40,721 nucleotides of DNA from a virus. Below, piece after piece: positions 32,275 through 39,554 of the stretch. Position 1 is the first letter of the stretch, and the number at the start of each line of letters is the position of its first letter. The notes under the pieces were generated by a model. The model was given only the letters and a program-made list of their open reading frames with translations. It was not told the origin of the DNA and did not search any database. The position numbers were made by a program, and so were the translations under genes. The DNA lies in IMG/VR virus record IMGVR_UViG_3300045988_023556, positions 1 to 40,721 of that record. One strand, written 5' to 3'.

Positions 32275-32810
32275 GATTGCTGCCACACAAACGCCCGAAG
32301 GTTCTTTGTGTCGTTGCGGATTGCAAGTCCGGTGATCCGCCCGGTCTTCTCGTCATAGGCGATTTTCTCAACGCTGAACTTGTCGTAGCAGTTGAACCTG
32401 GTCTTTCCGTTGAAGGACGATGCCTTGATCTCCGCCTTGTTGCTGGGAATCCAGACAAACGGAGACGTGTAGAGTTCTCTTCCGATACCCCAGCGGAACC
32501 CGGCGCGCTTGAAAGCGTCGCTTGCCTCGCCCTTTTTCTGGTTGCCTTCCTCGTCCTCCCGGCTCTCGATACCGCAGTCCCATTTCCATTGGATGCCGCC
32601 GTTTTCCTGGATAATCCCGATACCGGCGTAGAGATTTCCCTTGATCTCCTTGTAGTCGTTCGTCCAGTTGCCCGCCCCTACAGTCTCGTCCAGCAAGTCC
32701 ATATCCGTCCTCGCCGTCTTGTACAGCAGACACACCAGACCATTTTCCTTGACCTGCTTGACCTTGACCTCAATCTCGTCAGCGGTCAGAAACCGAAACA
32801 TTCTCGCCAT
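32271..32810 (-). CDS. Rad52/Sak-type single-strand annealing protein
   Basis: GEASDAFKRAGFRWGIGRELY motif. GGAGGAAG RBS. Confidence 0.8.
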   Translation of the reverse strand: MARMFRFLTADEIEVKVKQVKENGLVCLLYKTARTDMDLLDETVGAGNWTNDYKEIKGNLYAGIGIIQENGGIQWKWDCGIESREDEEGNQKKGEASDAFKRAGFRWGIGRELYTSPFVWIPSNKAEIKASSFNGKTRFNCYDKFSVEKIAYDEKTGRITGLAIRNDTKNLRAFVWQQS

Positions 32811-32821
32811 TTTCTTCCTCC

Positions 32822-33358
32822 TTAAATTCCAGCGGGCATGTATAGCCCACGGTGCTTAGAATTGCGGCGGTTGTTCGCCTGAACCTTCATATCAACCCAT
32901 CTGCAATTGCTTGGTTCATAATTCCCATCAACATCGATCCTATCAAGAGTGCACTTTCCACGTTGAGCATCTGGGTCATACCCGCTAGAATAAGCCCACT
33001 GTCGGAATGTTTCATAATCGTTCCATTCGCAACAAACCCGGATTCCGCGTCCCCCATAATCTGAATAATATTTTCCGGATTGCAAGTAACACCTTTGCCT
33101 CATGGCCTTCCAAACCCGATAGAGCCGCGAACCTGCTTCTCCGTGGATGCGGTTTGCTTCATTCAGCTTTTTTTGAACCAAACAACCGCATGATTGTGTA
33201 TGCCCGTTGCGAAGATTGCTAATAGAAACCGTTGTCTTATTCCCACAGTCGCACACGCACAACCAAATGGCTCTGCCACCCTGCCGGTGGTCGATAGACA
33301 CGGCCGTAAGGTTTCCGTATCTATTTCCAGAAATGTCAATATAGCTTCCTTTAATCAC
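32822..33358 (-). CDS. Homing-endonuclease-like DNA-binding protein (Cys module plus AP2/HNH-associated type domain)
   Basis: WLCVCDCGNKTTVSI...SCGC shared with 27508-28077. Then RLYRVWKAMRQRC...YGGRGIRVCCEW...LDRIDVDGNYEPSNCRW. Confidence 0.6.
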   Translation of the reverse strand: MIKGSYIDISGNRYGNLTAVSIDHRQGGRAIWLCVCDCGNKTTVSISNLRNGHTQSCGCLVQKKLNEANRIHGEAGSRLYRVWKAMRQRCYLQSGKYYSDYGGRGIRVCCEWNDYETFRQWAYSSGYDPDAQRGKCTLDRIDVDGNYEPSNCRWVDMKVQANNRRNSKHRGLYMPAGI

Positions 33359-33593
33359 TTTTCCCCGCCTCCACTAAGGATTCAGGCGAACTCCATTCAT
33401 CGGAATCCACCGGGATAAGTGGGCAAATATGCCCGCGGCCTCTCGTATCTCCCAAGTACTCACCTGTCAATCGGCATTGCTTCCTTGCGTATGTTTCCAT
33501 ACAGGCGCAACTCTCGCATCGTATGTCACCATCCCAGAAGGCAAGTTTGGCAATGGCCAACTTATAATTCAGGCAACTTTTTTTATCTGCCAT
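33351..33593 (-). CDS. Small Cys-rich hypothetical protein (80 aa)
   Basis: ATG at 33593 (MADKKSCLNYK). Follows the upstream stop closely. Confidence 0.5.
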   Translation of the reverse strand: MADKKSCLNYKLAIAKLAFWDGDIRCESCACMETYARKQCRLTGEYLGDTRGRGHICPLIPVDSDEWSSPESLVEAGKSD

Positions 33594-33601
33594 AATCCAC
33601 C

Positions 33602-33790
33602 TCAATCATAGGAAATATCCCGCCATTCCTCCCGGCTGTCCATGCAGAGGTCGCAAATGGCATCGCCCCGGATTTTCCAGTATCTATGTCCCACGGTTCT
33701 CCCGCAGCAGATGCACACCGGCCTTTTCTCGTCCGTTGCCTGGGAATCGTACAGATAATCGTAATCCGGATTCACACCAACATCATCCAT
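33602..33790 (-). CDS. Small Cys-rich hypothetical protein (62 aa)
   Basis: ATG at 33790 with a GAGGAAGG RBS. Sequence CICCG...CDLC. Confidence 0.5.
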   Translation of the reverse strand: MDDVGVNPDYDYLYDSQATDEKRPVCICCGRTVGHRYWKIRGDAICDLCMDSREEWRDISYD

Positions 33791-33847
33791 TGACTTTCCT
33801 TCCTCTATTTGATATACTGTAAATGGTAGAGATTTTTTATATCGCTC

Positions 33848-33884
33848 GCCGTCCCCGGTGCTGTAACATCGGGGGCGGCTTTTT
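33848..33884 (+). terminator. Plus-strand-oriented intrinsic terminator inside the minus-strand early operon
   Basis: GCCGTCCCCG-12 nt-CGGGGGCGGC followed by TTTTT on the plus strand. On the minus strand the stem has a C-A mismatch and no U-tract. Confidence 0.55.
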
Positions 33885-33885
33885 A

Positions 33886-34617
33886 TTAAAGAACAACCAC
33901 GACGTGCCCACTCTGAATTTCGGATTCCAGCGCCTTTTCCAAGTATTTCTTTACCGTATTCCGGGCGGAAAGCTTCCACATGCCACCGTCAGCTTCAATG
34001 AAAGAAATGTTTCTTTCGTTGATACGAATGAGAAATTGAGATTCCGGCTGCTCAACCTCCTGGAACGTGCGGTAAGGCCGCAGCTTGATAATGGGTCGGA
34101 TGGACGCATTGGATTGAAGGTCGATGCCCTTCTTGGTGACAACGCTGGTAGCAACGCCATTGTCGTTGTACGTGACTTTGCTCCCGGTGGTGATATCGGA
34201 TAGCAGTTTCAAGGCATACTCCGTATCCGCCGTGGGCTGGAATCTTGTGCGCAGAGCGATCAATGCCTCTTCAAACGGCAAGGATACCTTCTCATTCCAG
34301 CCGGGAACATCGGTCGCATTGGCAGTATACGGGTACTCGCGGTTGTTACGCAGCTCCGCAGATGGATGGGTGAAGCACTTTACCGTTTTGTGATCGGGAA
34401 TCGTGATATAAACGGTGCTGTACCTCTGTACCGCCTCCGTTTTTACAAACGCTACCATGGCGTCGAGGCTGGAAAGCTGGATATTATCTACAATTTCCAG
34501 ATCAGGCTTCACCTCGGCATAGCTACCTTCTGCGTCCGCAATAAAATCATGGTTTCCGGACGTGAACAGGTGCGGCGCACATAGTTCCTGAATTTTTTCG
34601 ATTGCTTCTTTCAACAT
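33886..34617 (-). CDS. Conserved phage early protein of unknown function (243 aa; possibly DUF2303/YfdQ-like)
   Basis: ATG at 34617 with an AGGAGG RBS. The family guess is from memory only. Confidence 0.5.
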   Translation of the reverse strand: MLKEAIEKIQELCAPHLFTSGNHDFIADAEGSYAEVKPDLEIVDNIQLSSLDAMVAFVKTEAVQRYSTVYITIPDHKTVKCFTHPSAELRNNREYPYTANATDVPGWNEKVSLPFEEALIALRTRFQPTADTEYALKLLSDITTGSKVTYNDNGVATSVVTKKGIDLQSNASIRPIIKLRPYRTFQEVEQPESQFLIRINERNISFIEADGGMWKLSARNTVKKYLEKALESEIQSGHVVVVL

Positions 34618-34631
34618 TGTTTTTCCTCCTA

Positions 34632-34997
34632 TCAGGCCATTTTGATTATTTTCAGAGACGCGGGGGCTTCCTGCTCTTCTCCGTCCATGGACATCTGCCC
34701 CGGAACCTGGGGCACCATTTCGACAACCTGGCACTCTCCAGTGCTGTCATCCCCAGCAACCCAAAGGGTTGTTCTCGCGGGCGTAGTAGGCGCAAGTGCT
34801 GATTTTACCGCAACGCTGACACCGATGTTCTGCCGATCATCGTCCGGTGTAAACTCGATTGTGAGCGTCAGCTTTCGTTTCTGCGTCGGTTTGGTGTTGG
34901 GGTCAAGGATATTATCAATGACTTTCGCCATCTCCAAATCCACGCGCTCCTGAAACGCGCCCCTTGCCATCTGCAAAATTGATTTTGGATCGTACAT
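34632..34997 (-). CDS. Hypothetical protein (121 aa)
   Basis: AGGAGGA RBS region. Co-oriented early gene. Confidence 0.6.
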   Translation of the reverse strand: MYDPKSILQMARGAFQERVDLEMAKVIDNILDPNTKPTQKRKLTLTIEFTPDDDRQNIGVSVAVKSALAPTTPARTTLWVAGDDSTGECQVVEMVPQVPGQMSMDGEEQEAPASLKIIKMA

Positions 34998-35030
34998 TAG
35001 AAATCCTCCTGTTTTTAAGATGTGTATCCT

Positions 35031-35264
35031 TTATCGCCCTCTGATGCAACGTCCGATACCGGCACCCATCAGGATAGCGCATACCCACATTGCGGGGACT
35101 GCCGCCTTGTCTGCCAGCAAATCGGCCTGCTGCCACCAGAAAAGCGCCAGATTCAGCCCCGCATAGGGGCAAACACGGAAAACGCATTCCCTGATATTGA
35201 ACGGCTTCCGGTTCTCCGGCACCGGCTCCCACCGGGCATCCACGGGTTTATTCCTGCTTGCCAT
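35031..35264 (-). CDS. Small membrane protein (77 aa)
   Basis: Hydrophobic segments GLNLALFWW and AAVPAMWVCAILMGAGIG. Confidence 0.5.
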   Translation of the reverse strand: MASRNKPVDARWEPVPENRKPFNIRECVFRVCPYAGLNLALFWWQQADLLADKAAVPAMWVCAILMGAGIGRCIRGR

Positions 35265-35268
35265 ATCC

Positions 35269-35448
35269 TCACCCCCTGACCTGATGATTTCGGTGGACTA
35301 CGTCGAAAAGCTCCACATTTTCGTCGTCAAACGCCTTGCTTTCCTTCGATTCCATCAAAAGGGATTCCCGCAGCCGGTCATTTTCCCGGCGTAAACGGCG
35401 GTTCATCTCCGCCATGGTGCGAAGCTGGGCAACCTCGTTCGGCATCAT
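35269..35448 (-). CDS. Small coiled-coil protein (59 aa, MMPNEVAQLRTMAEMNRRLRRENDRLRESL...)
   Basis: Not in the ORF track. ATGA overlap with the upstream stop. Confidence 0.5.
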   Translation of the reverse strand: MMPNEVAQLRTMAEMNRRLRRENDRLRESLLMESKESKAFDDENVELFDVVHRNHQVRG

Positions 35449-36062
35449 TTGGATTTCTCCTTGTAAGGCTTCAAATCCCGGTCATCCACGAACTGGAATT
35501 TCACCCCGAGACAATAGAGATTACCAATAGCGCTTATTGCTTCCAGCGTAACAATATCCCCTATTGCAAAGCTATGATGCGGGGTATAGCGTTTCTGTAC
35601 AACCACAAACTTGTCTCCAACCTTGGGCTTGCCCTGTTCACGCTTGCTCTCTTTGGGCTTGTCCTCCTTGCGCTTCTTCTCAAAAAGCCGCTCAACGGCG
35701 ACCCTTGCGCCCTCCGCTCTGCTGTAGGTATCCTTCGGATTGCACCGGGCTTCTGCGGTCTTCACGTCCCGCCCGCCCCGTTTCAGCGTGGCCGTGGTAA
35801 TCATCCCGTCAAAGCGGAGTTCAACGGTGTAGGGTTCCCGCGCAGGCTCCACAAGGCCAGCGATCATGTCTTCGTACCAGAACCAATGCCCAAGAAAATC
35901 GTCGCGATCCTCCTCTATGTAATAGTAAACTCCGTTATCGTTGATTCCGGATTTTATGATCGTCGCGGTCTTTCCCAGATACTTGTCCATATCAGGGTTC
36001 CAGTCCTTCTGCGGCCTCTTGCTCACAATCCGCACCCTATCCATCGCTTTGTATTTCGCCAT
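35445..36062 (-). CDS. Hypothetical protein (205 aa)
   Basis: AAGGAG RBS. The central motif AEARCNPKDTYSRAEGARVAVERL is common in phage early proteins. Confidence 0.6.
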   Translation of the reverse strand: MAKYKAMDRVRIVSKRPQKDWNPDMDKYLGKTATIIKSGINDNGVYYYIEEDRDDFLGHWFWYEDMIAGLVEPAREPYTVELRFDGMITTATLKRGGRDVKTAEARCNPKDTYSRAEGARVAVERLFEKKRKEDKPKESKREQGKPKVGDKFVVVQKRYTPHHSFAIGDIVTLEAISAIGNLYCLGVKFQFVDDRDLKPYKEKSK

Positions 36063-36105
36063 AAATAACTCCTTTCAATTTCGGCATTCTGCCGTAGATT
36101 TCAAA

Positions 36106-36396
36106 TCACTGCCATTCCCTTGCAAACGCCCGGATTTCTTTTTCCGAATACCCCAGTAGCCGGAGGATTACGCCCGGGTCGGGTTTCAGTGCCGCCACAA
36201 ACCGGGACAGTGTTTTCAGCTGCATCTTTCCGGGGTCTTGCTTGTATACTCCGATGGTCACGTCTGCCGTGCCGACCGCCCGGGCAAGCGCGGCGTTGTT
36301 ATTGCTCTGAACCCCCGCGTCGGGGCATCTGCGGTCGATCTCCTTCCAGAAATCCTCCACTGCGTAGCGCTCGGCATACTGCCGGATTCTTGGCAT
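36106..36396 (-). CDS. Small HTH protein, first gene of the long early operon (Cro-like position)
   Basis: ATG at 36396 with GGAGGAG 8 nt upstream. NNNAALARAVGTADVTIGVYKQDPGKMQLKTLSRFVAAL. Confidence 0.6.
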   Translation of the reverse strand: MPRIRQYAERYAVEDFWKEIDRRCPDAGVQSNNNAALARAVGTADVTIGVYKQDPGKMQLKTLSRFVAALKPDPGVILRLLGYSEKEIRAFAREWQ

Positions 36397-36448
36397 TTCA
36401 TCATCTCCTCCCGTATAATCTACAATTCGTTTATTCATGTCTTTTTTA

Positions 36449-36477
36449 TTGCATATTGCCCCTCGCTGTGCTATTCT
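36449..36477 (+). promoter_or_regulatory. Promoter of the DUF4145-like gene
   Basis: TTGCAT, 17 nt, TATTCT with a TG extended -10. Confidence 0.5.
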
Positions 36478-36505
36478 GGAAGAAAAAACAGAAAGAGGCG
36501 GTCTT

Positions 36506-37213
36506 ATGGGCAAAAAGAGTATAAAAGCATCTAGCGCGGAGTATCCGGGCGAATCGTATTTATTGCGCTGCACGTATCAGGAGGTTACCGAATGCCCGTC
36601 ATGCCATTTCGCGATTGAGCCGAAGGCATTATGCGCTTACTACGTTCAGCCCGACAGCCCTTCTGATGGGAAATGCACGCTGTACCTTCTTTCCCTGTGC
36701 AAAAGGTGCAATCAGGTCTTTTTAAGCGCTTTTCAGGAAAGTACAAGTCGCCCCGTTCCTGGCTTTGCAGATTTCGATTCTGCCTCGTACTCTGTCCCTT
36801 ACACGCCTAACATAAACAAATTTTCAGGCGACGTGCAGCAGCTTTCACCGGACTTCGTTGAGACCTATGCGCAGGCGGAAATTGCCGAATCTCAACGGTT
36901 GTATCGCATCTGCGGGGTTGGCTATCGAAAAGCCCTGGAGTTTTTGGTAAAGGACTATTTGCGGCATAAGAATCCAGATAATACCGATAAGATACTCGCG
37001 GAGCCGCTCGGTTCGTGCATCAAAAAGCTGGAAGACCAAAGGCTCAAGGTTCTCGCTGAGCGGTCGGCATGGATTGGAAACGGCGAAACGCACTATGTAA
37101 GAAAGCACGACGATCTCGGCATTGAAGATATGAAACGCTTCATAAAGGCCATGCTGAATTACGTAGAATCGGAACTTGCTTTCGAGGAAGCCGAAGCCAT
37201 CCCCTGCAAATAG
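36506..37213 (+). CDS. Zinc-ribbon plus DUF4145-like helical-domain protein
   Basis: ATG at 36506 with an AAGAGG RBS. CPSCHF...CKRC. C-terminal FVETYAQAEIAESQRLYRICGVGYRKALEFLVKDYL...WIGNGETHY. Confidence 0.65.
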   Translation: MGKKSIKASSAEYPGESYLLRCTYQEVTECPSCHFAIEPKALCAYYVQPDSPSDGKCTLYLLSLCKRCNQVFLSAFQESTSRPVPGFADFDSASYSVPYTPNINKFSGDVQQLSPDFVETYAQAEIAESQRLYRICGVGYRKALEFLVKDYLRHKNPDNTDKILAEPLGSCIKKLEDQRLKVLAERSAWIGNGETHYVRKHDDLGIEDMKRFIKAMLNYVESELAFEEAEAIPCK

Positions 37214-37371
37214 GTATCGCGCTCTGCCAGCTTCTCCCCGGCCAAAGACCAGTATTCCACGACAACCCGTGTCGGCTGATCCACTGCACCAGACCCGCGC
37301 GCAGACCGTGTTTCAATGACGGGGATTACACGTGCTGAATCACACCCTCTGGGGAATAGATAATTTTTCAT
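37159..37371 (-). CDS. Small hypothetical protein (70 aa)
   Basis: GGGGGTGA RBS. Its 3' end overlaps the convergent DUF4145-like gene by 55 nt. Confidence 0.5.
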   Translation of the reverse strand: MKNYLFPRGCDSARVIPVIETRSARGSGAVDQPTRVVVEYWSLAGEKLAERDTYLQGMASASSKASSDST

Positions 37372-37400
37372 TTTTTCACCCCCTTCTAGGCTTGTCCCAT

Positions 37401-37571
37401 TTATTTTCCCTCCTCGTCCTTGGGCTTGTCGGCCTCGGCCAGCTCCATACCCACGGCCAGACCGGCGGCGTAGGTTTCGGCCAGCCTTGCGGCAATTTCC
37501 CGCTTGTCCACCGGGATGCTGTTCAGAGCCTTTGCCGCGCTCTCAGCGCACCGTTTGATTTCATCAGGCAT
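37401..37571 (-). CDS. Small helical acidic protein (56 aa)
   Basis: AGGAGG lies 8 nt upstream of the ATG at 37571. Alternative starts at 37577 and 37601. Confidence 0.5.
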   Translation of the reverse strand: MPDEIKRCAESAAKALNSIPVDKREIAARLAETYAAGLAVGMELAEADKPKDEEGK

Positions 37572-37601
37572 TTTCATTTCCTCCTTTACTAAATTTTTCA
37601 T

Positions 37602-37835
37602 TCAAGCTGAATACCAGTTCCCCGCTCGGATCATCGCGCGTTCTTCTTCGGACGGAACATGTCCTTCCGGTGCCCGGTGACCCTTGCAAGGTGGTTCTCG
37701 GAACATCTCGCGGCCGCGTTGTTTCCAGGGCTCTTGCTCCCCCAGAGAGTTGCGGATGTTTTGTATCGCTGTTAGAGTACCTAGAATGATGCTAGCAATG
37801 CCCAAGCCAAGCGATGCTATTTCGATAGGTTCCAT
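37602..37835 (-). CDS. Small membrane protein, N-terminal TM helix (77 aa)
   Basis: ATG at 37835 with an AGGAGGTGA RBS. TM segment IASLGLGIASIILGTLTAI. Confidence 0.6.
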   Translation of the reverse strand: MEPIEIASLGLGIASIILGTLTAIQNIRNSLGEQEPWKQRGREMFREPPCKGHRAPEGHVPSEEERAMIRAGNWYSA

Positions 37836-37850
37836 TCTTCTCACCTCCTG

Positions 37851-37879
37851 TTGAAAATCGGCGTTTGCCGTGCTACAAT
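37851..37879 (+). promoter_or_regulatory. Near-consensus sigma-A promoter
   Basis: TTGAAA (37851-37856), 17 nt, TACAAT (37874-37879) with upstream TG. Confidence 0.7.
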
Positions 37880-37901
37880 CCCCTTGAAAGGGGGTGACTT
37901 C

Positions 37902-38300
37902 ATGATAAAATCCGAAAGGGAATTTACCAGAGAAATGCGGAAAACGATATTGCGCATAGCCAATGGCCAAAGCCCGTTTCACAATCCCGCAACCGATGAC
38001 GATTCAGAAGTAATTGCGGAGTGCATCAACCACGGTTATTTGCTATCGAATCATCCGCTGGAAAATGGCGCCGTGTTGCGGACGATGGATGGGAAAGCCC
38101 ATCCGGACGTCAACACAACCGTTATCCCGTTAAAGGGGCTGGCATTTCTGAAACCAGATCGGACACGGACATATGCCAGAGTTTCTTTGTGGCTGTCCAT
38201 TGCCGCGCTTTTGGTTTCTATCCTGTCAAACTTGCCAGAAATTTTTGAAAGTGTTCGGATGCTAATAGATTTATTAAAATCGATAGCACAGACAGGATAA
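37902..38300 (+). CDS. Membrane-tethered winged-helix-like protein (YjcQ-like N-domain, C-terminal TM helix)
   Basis: GGGGGTGA RBS. ILRIANGQ...SEVIAECINHGYLLSN...VIPLKGLAFLK, then VSLWLSIAALLVSILSNL. Confidence 0.6.
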   Translation: MIKSEREFTREMRKTILRIANGQSPFHNPATDDDSEVIAECINHGYLLSNHPLENGAVLRTMDGKAHPDVNTTVIPLKGLAFLKPDRTRTYARVSLWLSIAALLVSILSNLPEIFESVRMLIDLLKSIAQTG

Positions 38301-38349
38301 TTGACACCACGATCATTTTCTGGGTGCTGTCCACCGACTGCTCACCTCC

Positions 38350-38378
38350 TTGATTTATCCGGCGCTCCCCTCTATAAT
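38350..38378 (+). promoter_or_regulatory. Near-consensus sigma-A promoter
   Basis: TTGATT (38350-38355), 17 nt, TATAAT (38373-38378). Confidence 0.75.
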
Positions 38379-38428
38379 GTTCATACAGGCTGCTGCAACA
38401 GCCGAGTATAATAAGAAAGGAGCTTTTT

Positions 38429-38626
38429 ATGCCAGACTTTACTTTCAAAACATTCCCGGATAATGAAACCGAAGCACTCGCAATGCTGTGGCTTCAAAAT
38501 CAGGACTTGTCAAGTGTGCCCCCGGAGGAACTACTTGAGAAGTATCAAGATGCTTGCGACAAGATTAGAGAGCGCAAGAAGCAACAGCGCCAAACGAAAC
38601 GCGACTCCCGTGGTTTGGCGTTCTAA
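38429..38626 (+). CDS. Small hypothetical protein (65 aa)
   Basis: AAGGAG RBS 7 nt upstream. Own promoter. The 3' end overlaps a convergent ORF. Confidence 0.6.
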   Translation: MPDFTFKTFPDNETEALAMLWLQNQDLSSVPPEELLEKYQDACDKIRERKKQQRQTKRDSRGLAF

Positions 38627-38746
38627 CCGGTCGTAAACATCGGCCATAGCAGAAGACAATTCGGGAAGATTATCTTCTGCCGCAATCTCCGACTGCTCCG
38701 CCAGTAGCGCCAACTGCTTGCGGAGTAGTTCTTTACTCTGATTCAT
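38531..38746 (-). CDS. Small protein at the first position of the leftward (lytic-side) transcript, hydrophobic C-terminus (71 aa)
   Basis: GGGAGGTGA RBS. Downstream of the TTGACA-17-TACTAT promoter. No HTH recognised. Confidence 0.55.
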   Translation of the reverse strand: MNQSKELLRKQLALLAEQSEIAAEDNLPELSSAMADVYDRLERQTTGVAFRLALLLLALSNLVASILILLK

Positions 38747-38791
38747 TTATTTCACCTCCCGTTTTTCATCTGTGTTTGCCTTGGTGTGACT

Positions 38792-38820
38792 ATAGTAACA
38801 TACTGAGTATGTTTTGTCAA
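38792..38820 (-). promoter_or_regulatory. Leftward promoter of the genetic switch
   Basis: Minus strand: TTGACA (38820-38815), 17 nt, TACTAT (38797-38792). Confidence 0.7.
38798..38812. promoter_or_regulatory. Candidate operator: perfect 7-1-7 palindrome ACATACTgAGTATGT in the spacer of the leftward promoter
   Basis: Read directly. Confidence 0.6.
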
Positions 38821-38850
38821 CCCATTTTTGCGAAATTTCTCAGAAAATAA

Positions 38851-38879
38851 TTGACAGAGTGTGACACATATGCTATAAT
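38851..38879 (+). promoter_or_regulatory. Consensus promoter of the repressor gene
   Basis: TTGACA (38851-38856), 17 nt, TATAAT (38874-38879). The spacer contains TGTGaCACA. Confidence 0.8.
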
Positions 38880-38905
38880 GCACGTAAAGAAATGGAGGTG
38901 ACGCA

Positions 38906-39274
38906 ATGAACGAAAGAATACGCTCCGTAAGGGCTGCCGCCGGCCTCACGCAACCGGAATTCGCGGAAAAACTAGGACTTACAAAGAATTTTATAAGCCT
39001 GATCGAAAACGGCCAGCGGGAACCCAGCGACCGCACCGTCCGGGACATCTGCCGGGTGTTCGGCGTAAATGAAATCTGGCTGCGCACCGGTGTCGGCGAA
39101 CCTTTTACGCCGCTTTCCAGATCGGAGGAACTGGCCGCAATCTTCGAGCGGATGGAAGTCGGAGACGATGCAAAGTCCCGGCTTATCCGGGCAATGGCAC
39201 GAATGCCGGATGAAGCGTTCCCACCCTTCGTTAAATTCGTGGAACAGTTATATAAGAATTTCACGGAGGAATAA
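38906..39274 (+). CDS. XRE-family repressor (CI-like, no peptidase domain)
   Basis: IRSVRAAAGLTQPEFAEKLGLTKNFISLIENGQREPS. GGAGGTGA RBS. Divergent from the lytic-side promoter. Confidence 0.85.
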   Translation: MNERIRSVRAAAGLTQPEFAEKLGLTKNFISLIENGQREPSDRTVRDICRVFGVNEIWLRTGVGEPFTPLSRSEELAAIFERMEVGDDAKSRLIRAMARMPDEAFPPFVKFVEQLYKNFTEE

Positions 39275-39316
39275 AAATACCGGGAACCGCAGTCAAGCGC
39301 AGTTCCCGGTATTTTC
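39273..39316. terminator. Bidirectional intrinsic terminator
   Basis: AAAA-ATACCGGGAAC-14 nt-GTTCCCGGTAT-TTTT. Serves the repressor gene and the convergent small ORF. Confidence 0.85.
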
Positions 39317-39431
39317 ACTTTGCGCTACTGGCGACCAGTGCTTTGATGTACAATGCTTTCAGCCGTTCCAGCGGTATTTCATCCAGCAGCTTCATGAGTT
39401 CCCTTTTCAGTATTTCGCGGTCGTCCTTCAT
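39315..39431 (-). CDS. Very small helical protein (38 aa, MKDDREILKRELMKLLDEIPLERLKALYIKALVASSAK)
   Basis: GGAGGG lies 7 nt upstream of the ATG at 39431. Ends at the bidirectional terminator. Confidence 0.45.
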   Translation of the reverse strand: MKDDREILKRELMKLLDEIPLERLKALYIKALVASSAK

Positions 39432-39554
39432 GTCTGTACCCTCCATTGTGTATTTATAAACATTTGTTTGATTACGTAACGCATAATAGCACGTCATGTG
39501 TCCAATAAACCGGACTAATTAGAAAAATGCACAAAAATTTTTCTTTTCGTTGAA

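Noticed and set aside
38218-38448. 76-aa minus-strand ORF
   Set aside because: It has a TTG start without an RBS. It overlaps the promoter and start of one plus-strand gene and the 3' end of another, both better supported.
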